From Eutreptiella sp. 'Long Island Sound 2002' (taxonomy: Eukaryota > Protista > Euglenida), in contig OZ038378.1 of the NCBI GenBank assembly GCA_964036045.1, positions 150,846,001 to 150,910,000 of the forward strand: a DNA stretch of 64,000 nucleotides, in the 5' to 3' direction. The notes beneath the pieces are model-generated. The model was given only the letters and a program-made list of their open reading frames with translations. It did not search any database and had not been told where the DNA came from. A program made the position numbers and the translations under genes. This document shows positions 46,541 through 59,300 of the stretch, in pieces (the stretch's first letter is position 1; each line of letters opens with the position of its first letter).

Positions 46541-47767
46541 GTGGGGCACTGGAGGCACCGGAGGCAGCAGAGGCAGCGGAGGCCGCAACAGCGGAGGTGA
46601 CGCAAGCCCAGGCACAGGAGACGCACGAGGACCCGCCGGTGGCAACGGGTACGAATGGGGAGTCCATGCCCTAGCTCTTCGAGGGTGCTGACGTCGATGA
46701 CCCCGATGAGGTGCCGTACCACAGGGTATGTCATTGCTGAAAGGCATTTAGGGTCCTTGACTACGCACAGTCTGTATGTGGCTACGGGCGAGGTTACGCT
46801 ACGATTTATCGGGGATACGGATAGTTTTGTGCGGCTACGGCTGGGAATACGATACGGTTGCTCCGAGGTTGCATCGGCCTGTCTGCGGCTACCGTCAAGG
46901 ATACAATATATTGAATCTGCGGTTGCGCAAACCTTTCCTCCGGCTACAGGTGGGGTTACATGCCATTCCACCGTATGATGCTTTTCCCTCAGACCATGGA
47001 TGACTTGGAAGAGAGGTGACGACGACCAGTGGGAGGCCACACTTTAATGTGCCTGCGTAGTCGGCGTTCACACTTGCTTGCATGGTCCACAATTTTCCCA
47101 GGTGGACAGTATTTTTACACTATGGACATTGTCCAACTTTTTTGGCGGCGGGGGTGCCTGGATGTGGTGGCCCCATTCTTTGTACATGCGCATGCCACCC
47201 CAGCAGCATGGGGAGGATTGGGTGTCATCGACGTATCTCAGCAGTGGCGAGGACTAAATTTTTCTGTTGAAAGGCCCCACTCTGGCCCACCGACACTTTT
47301 TCGGTACATCGTTTCACACACAGTCCACTGTCTACTAATTTTTGCCACGGGGCTCGCTGGATGTGCATGCCCCTCACGCGATGTATACCTAGGGCCAAGT
47401 TTTTGCAGGGAGGCCTGGGTTTCATGGTAGAACGTTAGTAGTGGCTCCGACTGAACGGCGGACTGATTCAAATTGTTTTGCGGCAAGAATTCACTGTGCA
47501 TGTCCCTTGCAACGAGCCCTTGCCCTTCTGATCCGCTTCCGTGACTCGAGGTTACATCAAAGTGTCCGCGGCTACGGGTGAGGATACGTTAGGTAGTGTC
47601 CAAGGTTACATAGACTCGTCGGCGGCTAAGGGTGAGGATACGGTAGGTAGCGTCCAAGGTTACATAGACCCGTCTGCGGCTACGGGGCAGGTTACGATTG
47701 CTACTAGGGTTTCAGGTTAGTCACTAGGCCCGCATGTATGTTTCATGGTTTGAATAGGTGCCCCGCT

Positions 47768-49250
47768 ATGGGATTCGAAGCTCGGGGGCTCTTAGACTAA
47801 GAGAAGGCGGCAGACCTCTTCTCAGACTACGTGGAGGCTAGGTGGAGGCCTGCGGAAGGAATACCACACACTGCAGGAGATCTGGTCCGATGTCATGACC
47901 CCCTTTATCGACTTCCTTAGCACGAAGGCAAGGTTAGCGGGGATTACAACTGGTGTGGAGCAAACCATTGTCCGCTTCTTACTATTCAGACGCCTGCTGG
48001 GCATGGTCCAACCACGTTGAATTGACAACGCTTGGGTAGCCAAGGCGTTGTCGTACAACGCTAGGCATAGCCAGCTGCTCACAAGCCACGAGTGCTACGC
48101 CTCGAATCCAGTACTACGGCCTGATGCGACGCTTTTTATGGAGCGTTGTAATGAGGTTTGGGGTAGCTTATGGAGGCTTGGGGCCGTCGCCAGCGGCGAT
48201 GAAACTATAGTGCCCCATGAGGGGATTCAAGCAGGGCCTTTGCGGCAGTTCATACCGCCAAAGCCCCACTCGACCGGGCAATAGACTGGCAATACACGGG
48301 CATAGAAATACACTGAACGGAATTGGATTAGTGATGTGAGAGGTCACTCGACCGGGGTCAAATGATGCGTTTTAGCAGATGCGGTTGAGCCATACGTTAC
48401 CAACGTCTATCTGTACGTTGGTGCGTGTGGTCAACTACGGCGTGCATCCACTGTCCAAGGCAACATGAACACACACCAGTTCGTAAATTATTGGGCCGAT
48501 GTCCTGCCCGAAGGCACCATTTTCGTTGCCGACAGTTTTTTTTTCAATCACGAAGCTGCCAAGGGTTTGGCTCCCCGAGGCACTCCCTTTCCAATGTTAT
48601 GCAAGAGCGATGAGCGTGGTGTAAGTGAGGTGGGGGAAATACTTGAGGAGGGATGTCCGGCCAACGCCAAAGTCTACAATGCCATCTACACTTTGCAAGT
48701 CTACAAAAATCCCAGGGTTGGCCATAAACCGCCTCGAGTTGTGCCACTACTGTCACATCGTGGGTTTCCACAGGAGGTGGTGGTACACAAAAGACGCGGG
48801 TACGAAACGCCAGCCATTATCAGTCGTTACCGTGCCTTGGCAGGCTGAGTCGATACCGCAAATCAACTTGCTTTACAGCACTGTGAAGCAGGTAACTTTC
48901 GGAAATGGAGCGCTGCCGACGCTCGTTCCTCATGCGCTATGCTATGATGAACATTTTTGCAATTACGAAGTGTTCTAAACTAGTCAAGCCGGGGACAACT
49001 ATGTGGGAGTTTGTTCTGATGGGACCTCCTGACCGCATTGATTGGCAGTAAAGTGCCTAAACCCCCCCAGGCCGTCCATGTCCCTGTGGTAGCGAATCCA
49101 GCAGCTTGTGTTCATTGTGGGGAACGTTGTTGCACACAGTGTGCCACGTGCCAACAATACCTTCTTGTAAGATGCTTCGCATAGTGGCATTTGAACCAAT
49201 ATTGTTGTGCGCTACGCAATCAAGTTTGCGGCTACGGTTGGGGATACACA
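47768..49250 (+). pseudogene. piggyBac-like transposase (decayed)
   Basis: ASGDETIVPHEG...LRQFIPPKPHSTG (D 48198); IFVADSFF (D 48531); SRYRALAG*VDTANQ (D 48852); Cys-rich tail remnant. Confidence 0.85.
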
Positions 49251-50118
49251 AAATGAGGGCAATTGGTGATCCCGGGGTTGCAACATGTTGTCTGCCGCGA
49301 CGGTTGAGGTTACGAAATTTAGTGCCCGAGGTTACATAAAAGTATCTGCGGCTACAGCCAAGGTTACACGCAAAATACTGAATTGTATCCTCGCCAAAAG
49401 CAGAAATATTGTCCGTTTCCCAAGTTAGTTAACAGACAAAAAAGGCGTACCCTCGAGGCTGGGCCAACAAACGGTGTCTCCTCAGATAAAGGATATACAA
49501 ATATACGACTATGTACCATGAGGGACAAATTGGCCAGTTTGGAACCATCACTGGCTATTGCTGTAATCCCGCCATGAGGCACTACCTTCTTTGAGCAGCA
49601 CATGCCTGTCCTTGACCTGTCTGTTGCACTGTCCTGTGGTGATCATAGCGATGCAGGTTCTACATCTGCTTCACTTGCTACAGATGACAACTCCCGTGAT
49701 ATTTTCGTGGGGGACACCCATAAAGAGATGGAGCCAGACGAGTTGAAGGATAGACTGCATGATCGAGTTCCACACGATAGATGTTGGGGGCGACTGTGGA
49801 AAGCGTTCTGTGACTTTGCTAACATGAGGCAATGGGAAACGATAGGCCACGCGGAGATTCCACGTTTACTGCCAGCTGCACAAAAGGTTTTGTCCACGTC
49901 ACACCCTGATGCTGCTATATATGTGTCCGGTGATACACCTTGGCTAAGTCTCATGACGGGATGTTGGGAACAGTTTCTTGTGGATACACTACACGTGCAA
50001 GATAGTTTGTTTGTGTCACCTTGGAGTGCCGTGACCACCCCCTGTTTGTCCCCCGTCGAGTCCTACCAGGACCTAGGTGCACTACCTGTTTCTGCACTAC
50101 AGGATGTGGTAGCCCACG

Positions 50119-50480
50119 GTGACACAGTGTATTTGTGACACTCATATACACCCATCTGACGCTGACTTGTCCGCACTTGACACAGCGCTCAACGGCCCTC
50201 ACCCTTTCATAGTTGTTATCATGTTGAATACAGCGATAAGCGCTGCTTGGAACATGGGGGTTGATAATTGGGAACAGAAACGTCGTGCGGCGCTGTTGTG
50301 GAGTAGTGACACGTTGAGATTGAAGACGTACCAGATACAAGAAGGGTCTGCGGCCTGGTCGAACGTGGCTGGCCCTTGGGAATTGTAACTTATAGAGTCT
50401 GGTGTGCAACCCGTTGGTATGAACATATGTGGAGACACATGTGTGAGAGCTTTACACAACTTCTGTAGGCGGAAGGCATA
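50119..50480 (+). pseudogene. Possible Ulp1/C48-like cysteine protease C-terminal half (3' part duplicated at ~50700-50870)
   Basis: FIVVIMLN..DNW..ALLWSSD..GVQPVGMNICGDTCVRAL resembles the Q-x6-CG signature; no clear catalytic His. Confidence 0.3.
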
Positions 50481-50889
50481 GAGATCTTTCTACTACTACG
50501 GCCAAGGTTACACCCAAAATAGTGAATTGTATCCTCGCCAAAAACAGAACAATCTCCGTTTCTGAATGTACACAACAGACAAAAAAGGCGTACCCTCGAG
50601 GCTGGGCCAAAAAACAGTGTCTCCTCATATGAAGGATATACAAATATACAACTATGTACCATGAGGGACAAATTGGCCAGTTTGGAACGATCACTGATTG
50701 AGACTGAGGACGTACCACATACAAGAAGGTTCTGAGGCCTGGTCGAACTTGGCCGGCCCCTGGGAACTGTACATTATAGAGTCTGGTGTGCAACACGTTG
50801 GTATGAACATGTGTGGAGACACATGAGTGAGAGCTTTACCCAACTCTTGTAGGCGGAAAGTATAGAGATCTTTCTACCACCCACCCCCT

Positions 50890-52250
50890 GCATATTCCGT
50901 GCAACATCATATCCACGAACATTTGGACGCTAGAGTGCCACGTACATAGCTATGACCCTATCTCTGTGGATGCCTGTGGGAAAAGTGAACCAGATAGCGC
51001 TGCGACGTGAACACCTCATGATGCTAAAACGAGTCAACTGGGAGCAAGTGAAACAGACACTGCATGAGTCGAACCAGGTACTGTCCGACTTTCCTCACAG
51101 AACGCTGCAACGCATCGCACGGCTAGCGACGTTGCCATTGGATTGGGACATCGACAAGCCTGATAGGTTAATCTATGTTATGTGTGGCCCGTACCCTACT
51201 TATGTAGGCCAAACGGGTTGCATTACAGGTGTTAGGTCCCTGTTTGCACGTTACCGTGAACACGTACGTGCTGCACGGGCGCTTGCCAACCACTTTTTAG
51301 GCCTGCGCCATCGGCAGGTAAAATGTATGATGTCGTTCGGTAAACTGCCCAGCTTAGCCCGAATGGTGGCGAAGCATGGACCGCCACCAGTTACGATCGT
51401 TGGCTTGTAAACGGTCCCTAACCACAAACAGTGGCGCCAACTTGAACACTGGTGGGCCAGAGTTCTTGCTACCACACTGAACCGTGTCCTGCCTTTCGGA
51501 CTTGTAGATCGAGTACCATTTACAACCATGCCGCATAAGCGACAGACGGATGCTACATCCGGATCCATGACTGCACTCCTACAGAGTCTGACCAATTCCC
51601 AATGCCGCGGATACAGCAGCGATGAGCTTTTATCCCTGGCCAAAGCCTGTGTAGGGCATGTTGGACCGCGACTGTTTGATAGTTTGTTTGTGCATGTGCG
51701 AAGAATCACTGTTAGGGAAATAGGCTTTAGGATCAAACGCCGTTATGTGGTATGTGTTCCTACGTACAAGCACATGTGGTAAAACTGGTACAGTCCAGGA
51801 TATGCAAAGCCTTAGGGTACATGCACATGCCACTCTCTGCTAGAGCATGGTATCAATGTGTGCTAATTGTCATACCGTCGACCTCACCCCAGGCATCAAT
51901 TGCAAGTCGATCTTCGACAGGCCTGGTGGCACCAGTTTTGGCTAGGAAAGCTTTGTTGAGACATGTGCTCCCTGAAGAACTTGTAGAATGGCGTGTACCT
52001 GTCACGCACAGCCAATCCTTCTATGCTTTGCCTGTCGATACTGACCTGAGCCTGGTGCATGCTACTGTGCTGTAGGAGCTAGACTGTATGCCCTGCGAAT
52101 GCAGTGCACTGAAATTTTTCCGGTGCTCGCTTATGTCTTGCTTTGTGTGCAGGACAGTGTGTGGTACGTATGTCTGGGCAGACCGATCACATGACTCTAG
52201 AGTAGGCACGGTCGTACACCAATTGTGTCTGTATGTGGTGTTGAGTATGA
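50890..52250 (+). mobile_element. PLE fragment (PLE-2 family): GIY-YIG and following linker
   Basis: LIYVMCGPYPTYVGQTGCITG..ARYREHVR and GYSSDELL..VGHVGPRLFD align with 31170-31750. Confidence 0.8.
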
Positions 52251-52389
52251 TGGTGGGGAGACCTGTATGCATGGAGTATGGGACCTGTGTGTGACCCCGG
52301 CCTATGTGTATTACGTGCTGTTGAGTATCAGTGTGGGGAGACCTGTATGCATGGAGTATGGGACCTGTGTGTGACCCTGGCCTATGTGT
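52240..52389. repeat. 80-bp tandem duplication
   Basis: GTTGAGTAT..GGGGAGACCTGTATGCATGGAGTATGGGACC.. starts at 52240 and 52320. Confidence 0.9.
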
Positions 52390-52674
52390 CTAGGAGGTGA
52401 GAGACAGAAAGGAATGGGTCATGTGTACCAAGAGCAGCGAGGTGACCGATGGTTTGAAAGTAAAGGCTTCCCGATGAACGTACCTAGAGCGCACAATGCA
52501 CTGTTTTCCTCTGTACACAACCTTTTGGAATTATGCTAATGACGGCTTTCACCTTGCGTGCTTGCTAGCGCCCTCTTCTTCTTTTTCAACACCCCCGCCC
52601 GGAGACTTCTTCACGCCTGTTGGCGTTTTTAAGGCCTTCAGAGACACAAGTGTTTCCTAATCTTGCCCACTACC

Positions 52675-55600
52675 ATGTCTCATAACTTGACGCCCGAGCA
52701 GCTGGCTTAGATTATTTCTAAGCCCGTGGTGAAGGCCCTGAAGACACCAAAGGTGAAGAAGGCTGGCAAGACCAGTGTGGTACCACAACAAGTACCAAGA
52801 CGAGCAATACTACGAGTGGAGGCGACACAACACGCAACAACCTAGGCCGCAGTTCCGGTGAAGTGGACGGCCAAGGGCGAAGGAGGAGCGGTTGGAGCGG
52901 CCAAGCGGGCGTGGGCACAAGGTAATCCGTGCTATCTGTGCAGGCATTTTCACCACCGTGCCGGAGACCACCAGGAGACGCCTAGGGGACAGTGGCCACC
53001 AGATGATGTCCGGCGCTAGGAGAAGCATCAAGCCGAGTGGGGTGAGATCTAGGACCTCATTTTGTCGCGCCACTCCAGAGTCCTGGCTGCAGAGGCCCTG
53101 GATGTCAACATGACGGATTTCTCAACCCTGGGAGAGGAGGACTTTCGCTCCCTGCTCCTTGCACGCTTGAGGGGGATGCATGACTAGGAGACGGGCAAAC
53201 TCCCACTGTATGCGCCCCCAAACGCGAAGAGATCACAGGGCGCGCAGAGCGGGCGCCAGGCCCCTGTACCGATGGCGATCGACCCGTCTGACAGCTCGTC
53301 TACTGCTTCTCTAGTGGATGTACCACCTGGTAAGGACCTGGGGGCGACACATGTTGTGTTCAATGTGTCCTCACCGACTGTAAAGACGTCACGAAAGAGA
53401 TGTTGAGGAAGATAAATTAAAGGACAGCACGAGTTCCGATGATAAGCAGCTTATGCAGCTGGCTTTCTGTCCAGACCAGAAGACGGACCTGTGCTTGGCG
53501 ATGGGACAGTACCGCCTTCCCTGCAGCTAGGAAAACCGAGAGTCTCTCTTGAGATGCAACACCTTGAATCACGCGTGGCCGCGGTCGAGAAGGACATTAG
53601 TGGCTTGAAAAAGGGATTTTGCAGCTTCGCTGAAGTTGCTGACCATGCCTCTGGTGCACAAGACGCTTTCTGAAGATGATATTGGGAAAGAGATCGAGTC
53701 CACAAAGCGGTCGTTGGATCAGGAGCACAAGTACATTCGTCGGCCACCGGCTCAGCCACAGGAGAATGACCCAGTAACAACTGATTCGGAGGGCGGCCGG
53801 CAGACTAAAGGCCCAAAGTCCAGGAGCTCCTCGCCAGACTTGATCCCTCAGGAGCTGGATACAACTCCGCCAGTCGCTGACTACCGCATTGTAGATATAG
53901 TGGCGTCTATGGCGAAGCTCGGTGCCCGATTTGAGAAAAACTGTAGCAGGAGAGATGATACGATCTTCGCTTTGTCGCATGTGGTACCTGATGGCCTTTA
54001 TGCTGTGCTGCAGATTACGGACCCATACACGCTGGCCGATGCGACTCTATGGGTTGTACGCTGTGTACGTGCCGCAGGTTTCATCAATGCGATGTCCGGA
54101 GAGCGCTTGGAAATCGCATTTGAAGTCGAATGTAAGCCTCTCCCAGCCTCGGATGTCGGGGACAGACCACCCACGGTGTCACCGAAGGAGGGTGATTTCG
54201 TGATTGACTATGTTCGTATCCTATGAAGGAGCTCAACCCAAGGTTGAGGACGTTGACCCGGCGAAGAAGAAGCCGCACACTGAGGGGATGTAGACGCCAT
54301 GCTAGAGCACGAGATTGCGAGATGCCTTCGTGGCTTGTTACAGTCACACCAAGACGCTCTTGCTCGGGCGGAGGATTCCCTTGCGGCACTGAGGGCACAG
54401 ATTGCAGCGGAGAAGAGGAAGGAGTCTTCGATCGCGAGGCTGCGTGCCCAATGGCGGTTTCTTCTACCACCTTCGACGATGTGGCACTGTGCATTATCTC
54501 TGAGGGGGACGTTGTCACTAGCGCGGCTGCATACCGTGTTCGCCGACCCCCCACGAACGCGGTGCAATCGACAGACCGTTATACACGTCCTTTTTTGACG
54601 ACTATTTAACGTGCCGGAAATACCGATTTGTTCGTCGATGTTTGTCTTAGAGATAGAACCGCAGCGAGGTTGTGGGAATCTTGGCGTTTCGTTGGCACAG
54701 GAGTCGAGGGCGACCTCCGGTGCGGCAGTAGCGTCTTTAGATTCTTTTGTTTCATGTCTTACAAAAATGGATCTGCTCGAAGTGAGCCTACCAGCGAGGT
54801 TGAGACTCGCAGGTGAGTTTGAGACGTTTCTTAGTGATGTCCTGAATATCCAGGTGTCTATTGGTACAAATTTACCACATAATCCCCTTTGTTGTGGAAG
54901 GGCTTGTCAGACCGAGCTGTTGGACAACAAATGGTTTTGGTGCATCCAGACAGAGTTGTAAGGGTGCAGGATGCGATCGATGGGAGATCCCCACTGGGAC
55001 CTGAAAGCATCCGACTCACGCTTACAAGACAGGGCCTTTGTTAAATCGGATCTTTGGGAGCCTGACACGTTTGCCCCCCTCGAGGCGTTTCTACGGAGTG
55101 ATGGGAGGTGCTTGTTTGTACTGTACGAGAGAACAGCCTCAGTGGGGTGGTTAGCGTGGTTGCAGAGGATGGCAAATAATGGCAAGACCGCTTTTTTTGT
55201 TGGATGCGATAGGATTAAGTTGAGAAGCTATCTGGCCCGGCCGAACGGTAGCGAGAAGTGGACCTGGTATAAAGGGTTGTGGGAGATTTGGGTTGTTAGG
55301 TTAGACGATTGTGGCCCGAACAAGGGAGTTGACCAGCGGCAGTTCCCCATTCGCGTGTCAGGGCTTTTTTGGGCGACTAAAGTGCTGGGACCTCAATGCC
55401 TTCTGGTCGCCCCTAAGTGGGGACCCCCTGCCCCCAAATTTTCAGCCGCCTGCGGATGAGGATAGAGACGATGACGGGGAGGGACAGGGTTTTATGAATA
55501 GCCTTAATAGGTCTGTGTCAGGGATTGACGGTGTACCGGTTCAATCGTGCAGTCAAAAGTCAGAGAAGGAGGTTTGGTCGAATGGGACCCCATTTGCATG

Positions 55601-56340
55601 GCAGAGGGTACGGATCTTTTGGGCTAACTGGAACAAGGAGGCGCAGGAACGCTCTTTTCTGTGCGCGCAAAATCGCATTGATTGGGGGGCAGTTGAGCGG
55701 TCGCTCAAACGTTCTAATTCCTTGTTAGCTACCTCTCCGGATGCCAGGTGGCAGAAAATTGCCAGACTGCCCAAATTACTGGCTGACACTCCGCTGCCCA
55801 CAGCTCAAATCGTGATTTATGCAATGCTGGGGCCATGGAGCCCCTATGTTGGCCAGTTGGGGGCAATTGTGGCGCCGCGTGTGGCACCCTTGCTTCGTCG
55901 GATGGACAGGGTGTGTGTGTGTGTCCGGAGCTGGCTTCCCAATTGGCGGGGGCCTACTTGACTTTTCTGGCAAAGTCTGCCCACAAGTGTATCGTCGTCA
56001 GCATGTCTCCGCGTGTACACCCGAGTCTGGCTACCCGTGAACGAATCCCCACAACCTTTCTCGCGGATGAAAGGACGGTCTCGAACCTGGTGACCAGGTT
56101 GCGGGCGCAGTTGTCGACTGGTTTGGGTTGGTGGGAGGAGGGCCACACGAAGATTGGGGAGGTGTCTTCGCGGTGAGAGAGGACACATCGTCCATGCGGT
56201 TTTCCGGAGGCGGCGGCTTATCTAAGATCGAGCACTCGGCACAGGGTCTCTGGGGAGGCGTGAGTTTTTGGGACACAAGGGGTTTCACCCGTCTACGGAG
56301 GAGGTGGCTTACTCACAGCAAGTCGCGCTGTCTGAGCGTG
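52675..56340 (+). mobile_element. 5' part of another PLE: gag-like ORF (CYLCRHFHH), Trp-rich domain, GIY-YIG
   Basis: ATG at 52675; knuckle-like motif ~52930; 54971-55330 aligns with 30600-30830; IVIYAMLGPWSPYVGQ at ~55810-55860. Confidence 0.65.
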
Positions 56341-56399
56341 AACAACAGGATAGGACGGGCTTACAGGTGCTGCAGTCTTTGAAGGAGGTGCTCGCTTGT

Positions 56400-59300
56400 G
56401 AGGCGTCCCCAAAGGCGCGCGGAAAGCGGAGAGCGCCAGGTTAGTTCGGGAGCTCCAGAACCGTCGCCGCCTTTGTGTCATAACACAACACGGGGGACAA
56501 CTCCTTACGGATCCTTTGAAGATGGCCAAGGCCCTATCCGAGTATCGGGGCGGTTTTATTGACGGTACTGGGTCTAGCGCCTCTGTTTGTAAGGCCTTCC
56601 TCCAGACCTTGGGCCTGCCTCGGCAGTGGCGGGGGGTTGCCCAAAAGCTGTTGCGGACACTGACCGAGGAAGGTGTGCTCACGGCATTGGAGCGCATGCA
56701 TGCCACTTGCTCGCCGGGGTTAGATGGTGTGTCAGTTGCGGTGTACCAACGGATGTCGTCGGTTTTTGCCCCACAAATGCTGCATATGGTACAGACCATG
56801 TGGTCCTCTGGGTGGTTCCAGAGTCCTGGTCGGTGGCTATCATGGATTGCATCCCGAAGCGACCGGGGGTGCCTGAACTGTTGGCCCTACGGCCCATCTG
56901 CCTGCAAAATTCCGTTTTTGAGTGGTTCACTGGCACGCTCTTGCTGTTACTCGAGGACTTGATCGCTTTTGTTACCCCGAAGGAGCAAAAGGCATTTTTT
57001 CAAGTGGCGGTCTATTTTTGACCACGTTTGGGGCTCTCGGGGGGCTTGGGAGCATTACATTGTAGGGGCTTTTCTTACGGTGGACTTCGGTAAGGCATAT
57101 GACAGCGTTCAACATGCCTATATGCGCGTTGTCTTGGAGTACCTGGGGGTCTATCAGGCGTTGTTTACCCTCCTTATCCACCTTTTTCAAGCGCCTTTTG
57201 TCTTTGCGGTGGGACGTAGGGTTTTTCAGGAGGAGCATACCCCTGCTCCGGTGTTCGACACGGTGATCCGTTGTCGCAAGCTTTGTTCGTGGTTTTCTGT
57301 TCTCTGCTGATCTTTCAACTTCAGGCGCTCTCCCCTTTGCTGGTGGTCCGTCTGTATGCTGATGACCTGCTTGTGCATCTTGAGGCCATGCCTCGACCGG
57401 CTGTCCGTGTCATGAAAGCGGTCATTGCGGGTCTTTCACGGTTCGGCGATTTTTCTAGCTTGCGACTAAAATTTGATAACACTAGGTTTCTTCTGCGGGG
57501 GTTTTGGCCCGACCCGGTTCGCCAGCAATTGGCGGAACTGGGCTGTAAGGCGGACTCCTCGACGCAGTACCTAGGTATCCAGCTGGGTGATGTCTCTTCT
57601 GAAGAGGCGTTGGCGCCGGCTTTGGCGAAAGCTATGGCTCGCGCAAGTTCAGTAGCCCATTTTAGCCTGGATTTGTGTGAGCGCTCTGAATTGCTCCGGG
57701 CATGGATCCTTCCCATCTTTGCTTTTCCTGCAAAGGCGTATTTCCCTTCTCCGTCCGTATGCTCGTCCTTGCGGTCTGTGTACCTGGCTGCGCTTAGACT
57801 CAATAGCTGGTCACTCACTTTGCCACATTTGGAGCGCACAAAGCAACAGGGGGGTTTTTAGTTACCCCAACCCCGTACGTACCTTTTTTGGCAGCATCTG
57901 TCAGCGTTTGGTTCTTACGTACAAGCACCTGATCGTTTTTGGGGGGGGCGGCAGGGATCATTTCCAGAGATGGGCGTCTGATCATGGGGTGTCTGTTACC
58001 CCGGAGACCCTGCCATGGTTTGAGCTGGCTGTGGTCCCGTTGGCAAACATCCCCATTCTGGCCTCTTCCGCGAGAGCGTTTTCCCTACTTCGACAGGCGT
58101 TTCCTGCGGCCCTCCCTACCGCCTGCAGCTCTACCGCACGGCCTACCGGGACCAGCATGGGCATGCGTATTTCTCCCCCTTCCTGGAGCGCCGGGGGGTT
58201 CTGACGCTGACGCATTTGAGGTTGCTGGGTAACTTCCCTGGATGTCTGCCGCCCACGTGGGAGCCCCGTTATCGGAAGGCGTTGGCCCCAGCCACCTCTG
58301 CGGGGGAGTTCACCCGAGATCTGGTTTCGAGTTGGGGTACTACGTCCACATTGCGAGCTGTGTCTGAGGAGACGTGGGGTTACCTCAACGCCTTACGCCT
58401 CGAGGGGCCTGTCCGCGATTTCTTGCGTTCAGCGCTATGGAAGAAGCTCCCGGTGGGTGATCGGATCGCGGTACGGGTGCCTCATGCAAGAAGCTGCCCC
58501 CTGTGTGGGAGTGTTGAGACACATGATCATGCTATTTCGGCTTGCCCTACCTTGGGACCGGCGTTGGCCCTCATTTCATGGCTGCCTCCCCGGCCAGAGC
58601 TCGGGGTGATCCCGCGGTATGCGCCTGATTTAGTACTGAATAATGCCCCCACGTCGTTGAGTTCGGCGGCTGGCCTATTGTTTTGGTGTGTTGTGTCTGT
58701 GAATTGGTCCATTCGCTGTGCCGTTTCCATGAGCTGACCTTCGCGGGTCCCTGATACGGTCTTCCTACGTAAATGGCTGCAGGCCTTGCGCACTTGGTCG
58801 GGTGCGTCGCTTCTGTATTTGGCTGAGTCGGAGTTGGTTTTGTTCGAGAAAGCCCTGCGTGCACGTGTCGAGGGTGCCCCGCTGGTACACCCTCGGTTGC
58901 TGGAACCGGGCCTTCCTATACCAGGGGCCCCGCCCTTAGTTCCGGCGTTTCCCCTAGGTCGCCCGAGGTTGAAGCCGAATGCCTCTACCCTGCGACCCGG
59001 CTTTGCTCTTGCCATTGAACCCTTCTTGCTGGCTGGTTGGGTGGATGTCTACCTGAATGGCTCGAGCGAGTTGGTTCATGGTGTACGGATTGGAGGTTTT
59101 GGGGTCTGATTTGATACTGGTCTCAGTTTCTCTTCCCCTGTGCCGGTGCAGGATCCACCAACTAACATTAGGGCGGAGCTATGGGCTGCGCCGTGGGCGC
59201 TTCGGCGCCATCAGCCGGGGGTTCGAGAGGTGTTTTGCACGAACTGCAACCTTGTGTATTTGGGCGTCACGGGGGGGGGGGGGGCGCGCTGGAGGCGTCA

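Larger units (their letters stand above)
43520..49380. repeat. Dispersed clusters of a GTCTGCGGCTACGG-N4-GG(T/A)TAC motif
   Basis: At 43524, 43578, 45619/45673/45728 (inverted), 46778-46950, 47565-47690, 49225-49370; also at 25892. Confidence 0.8.
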
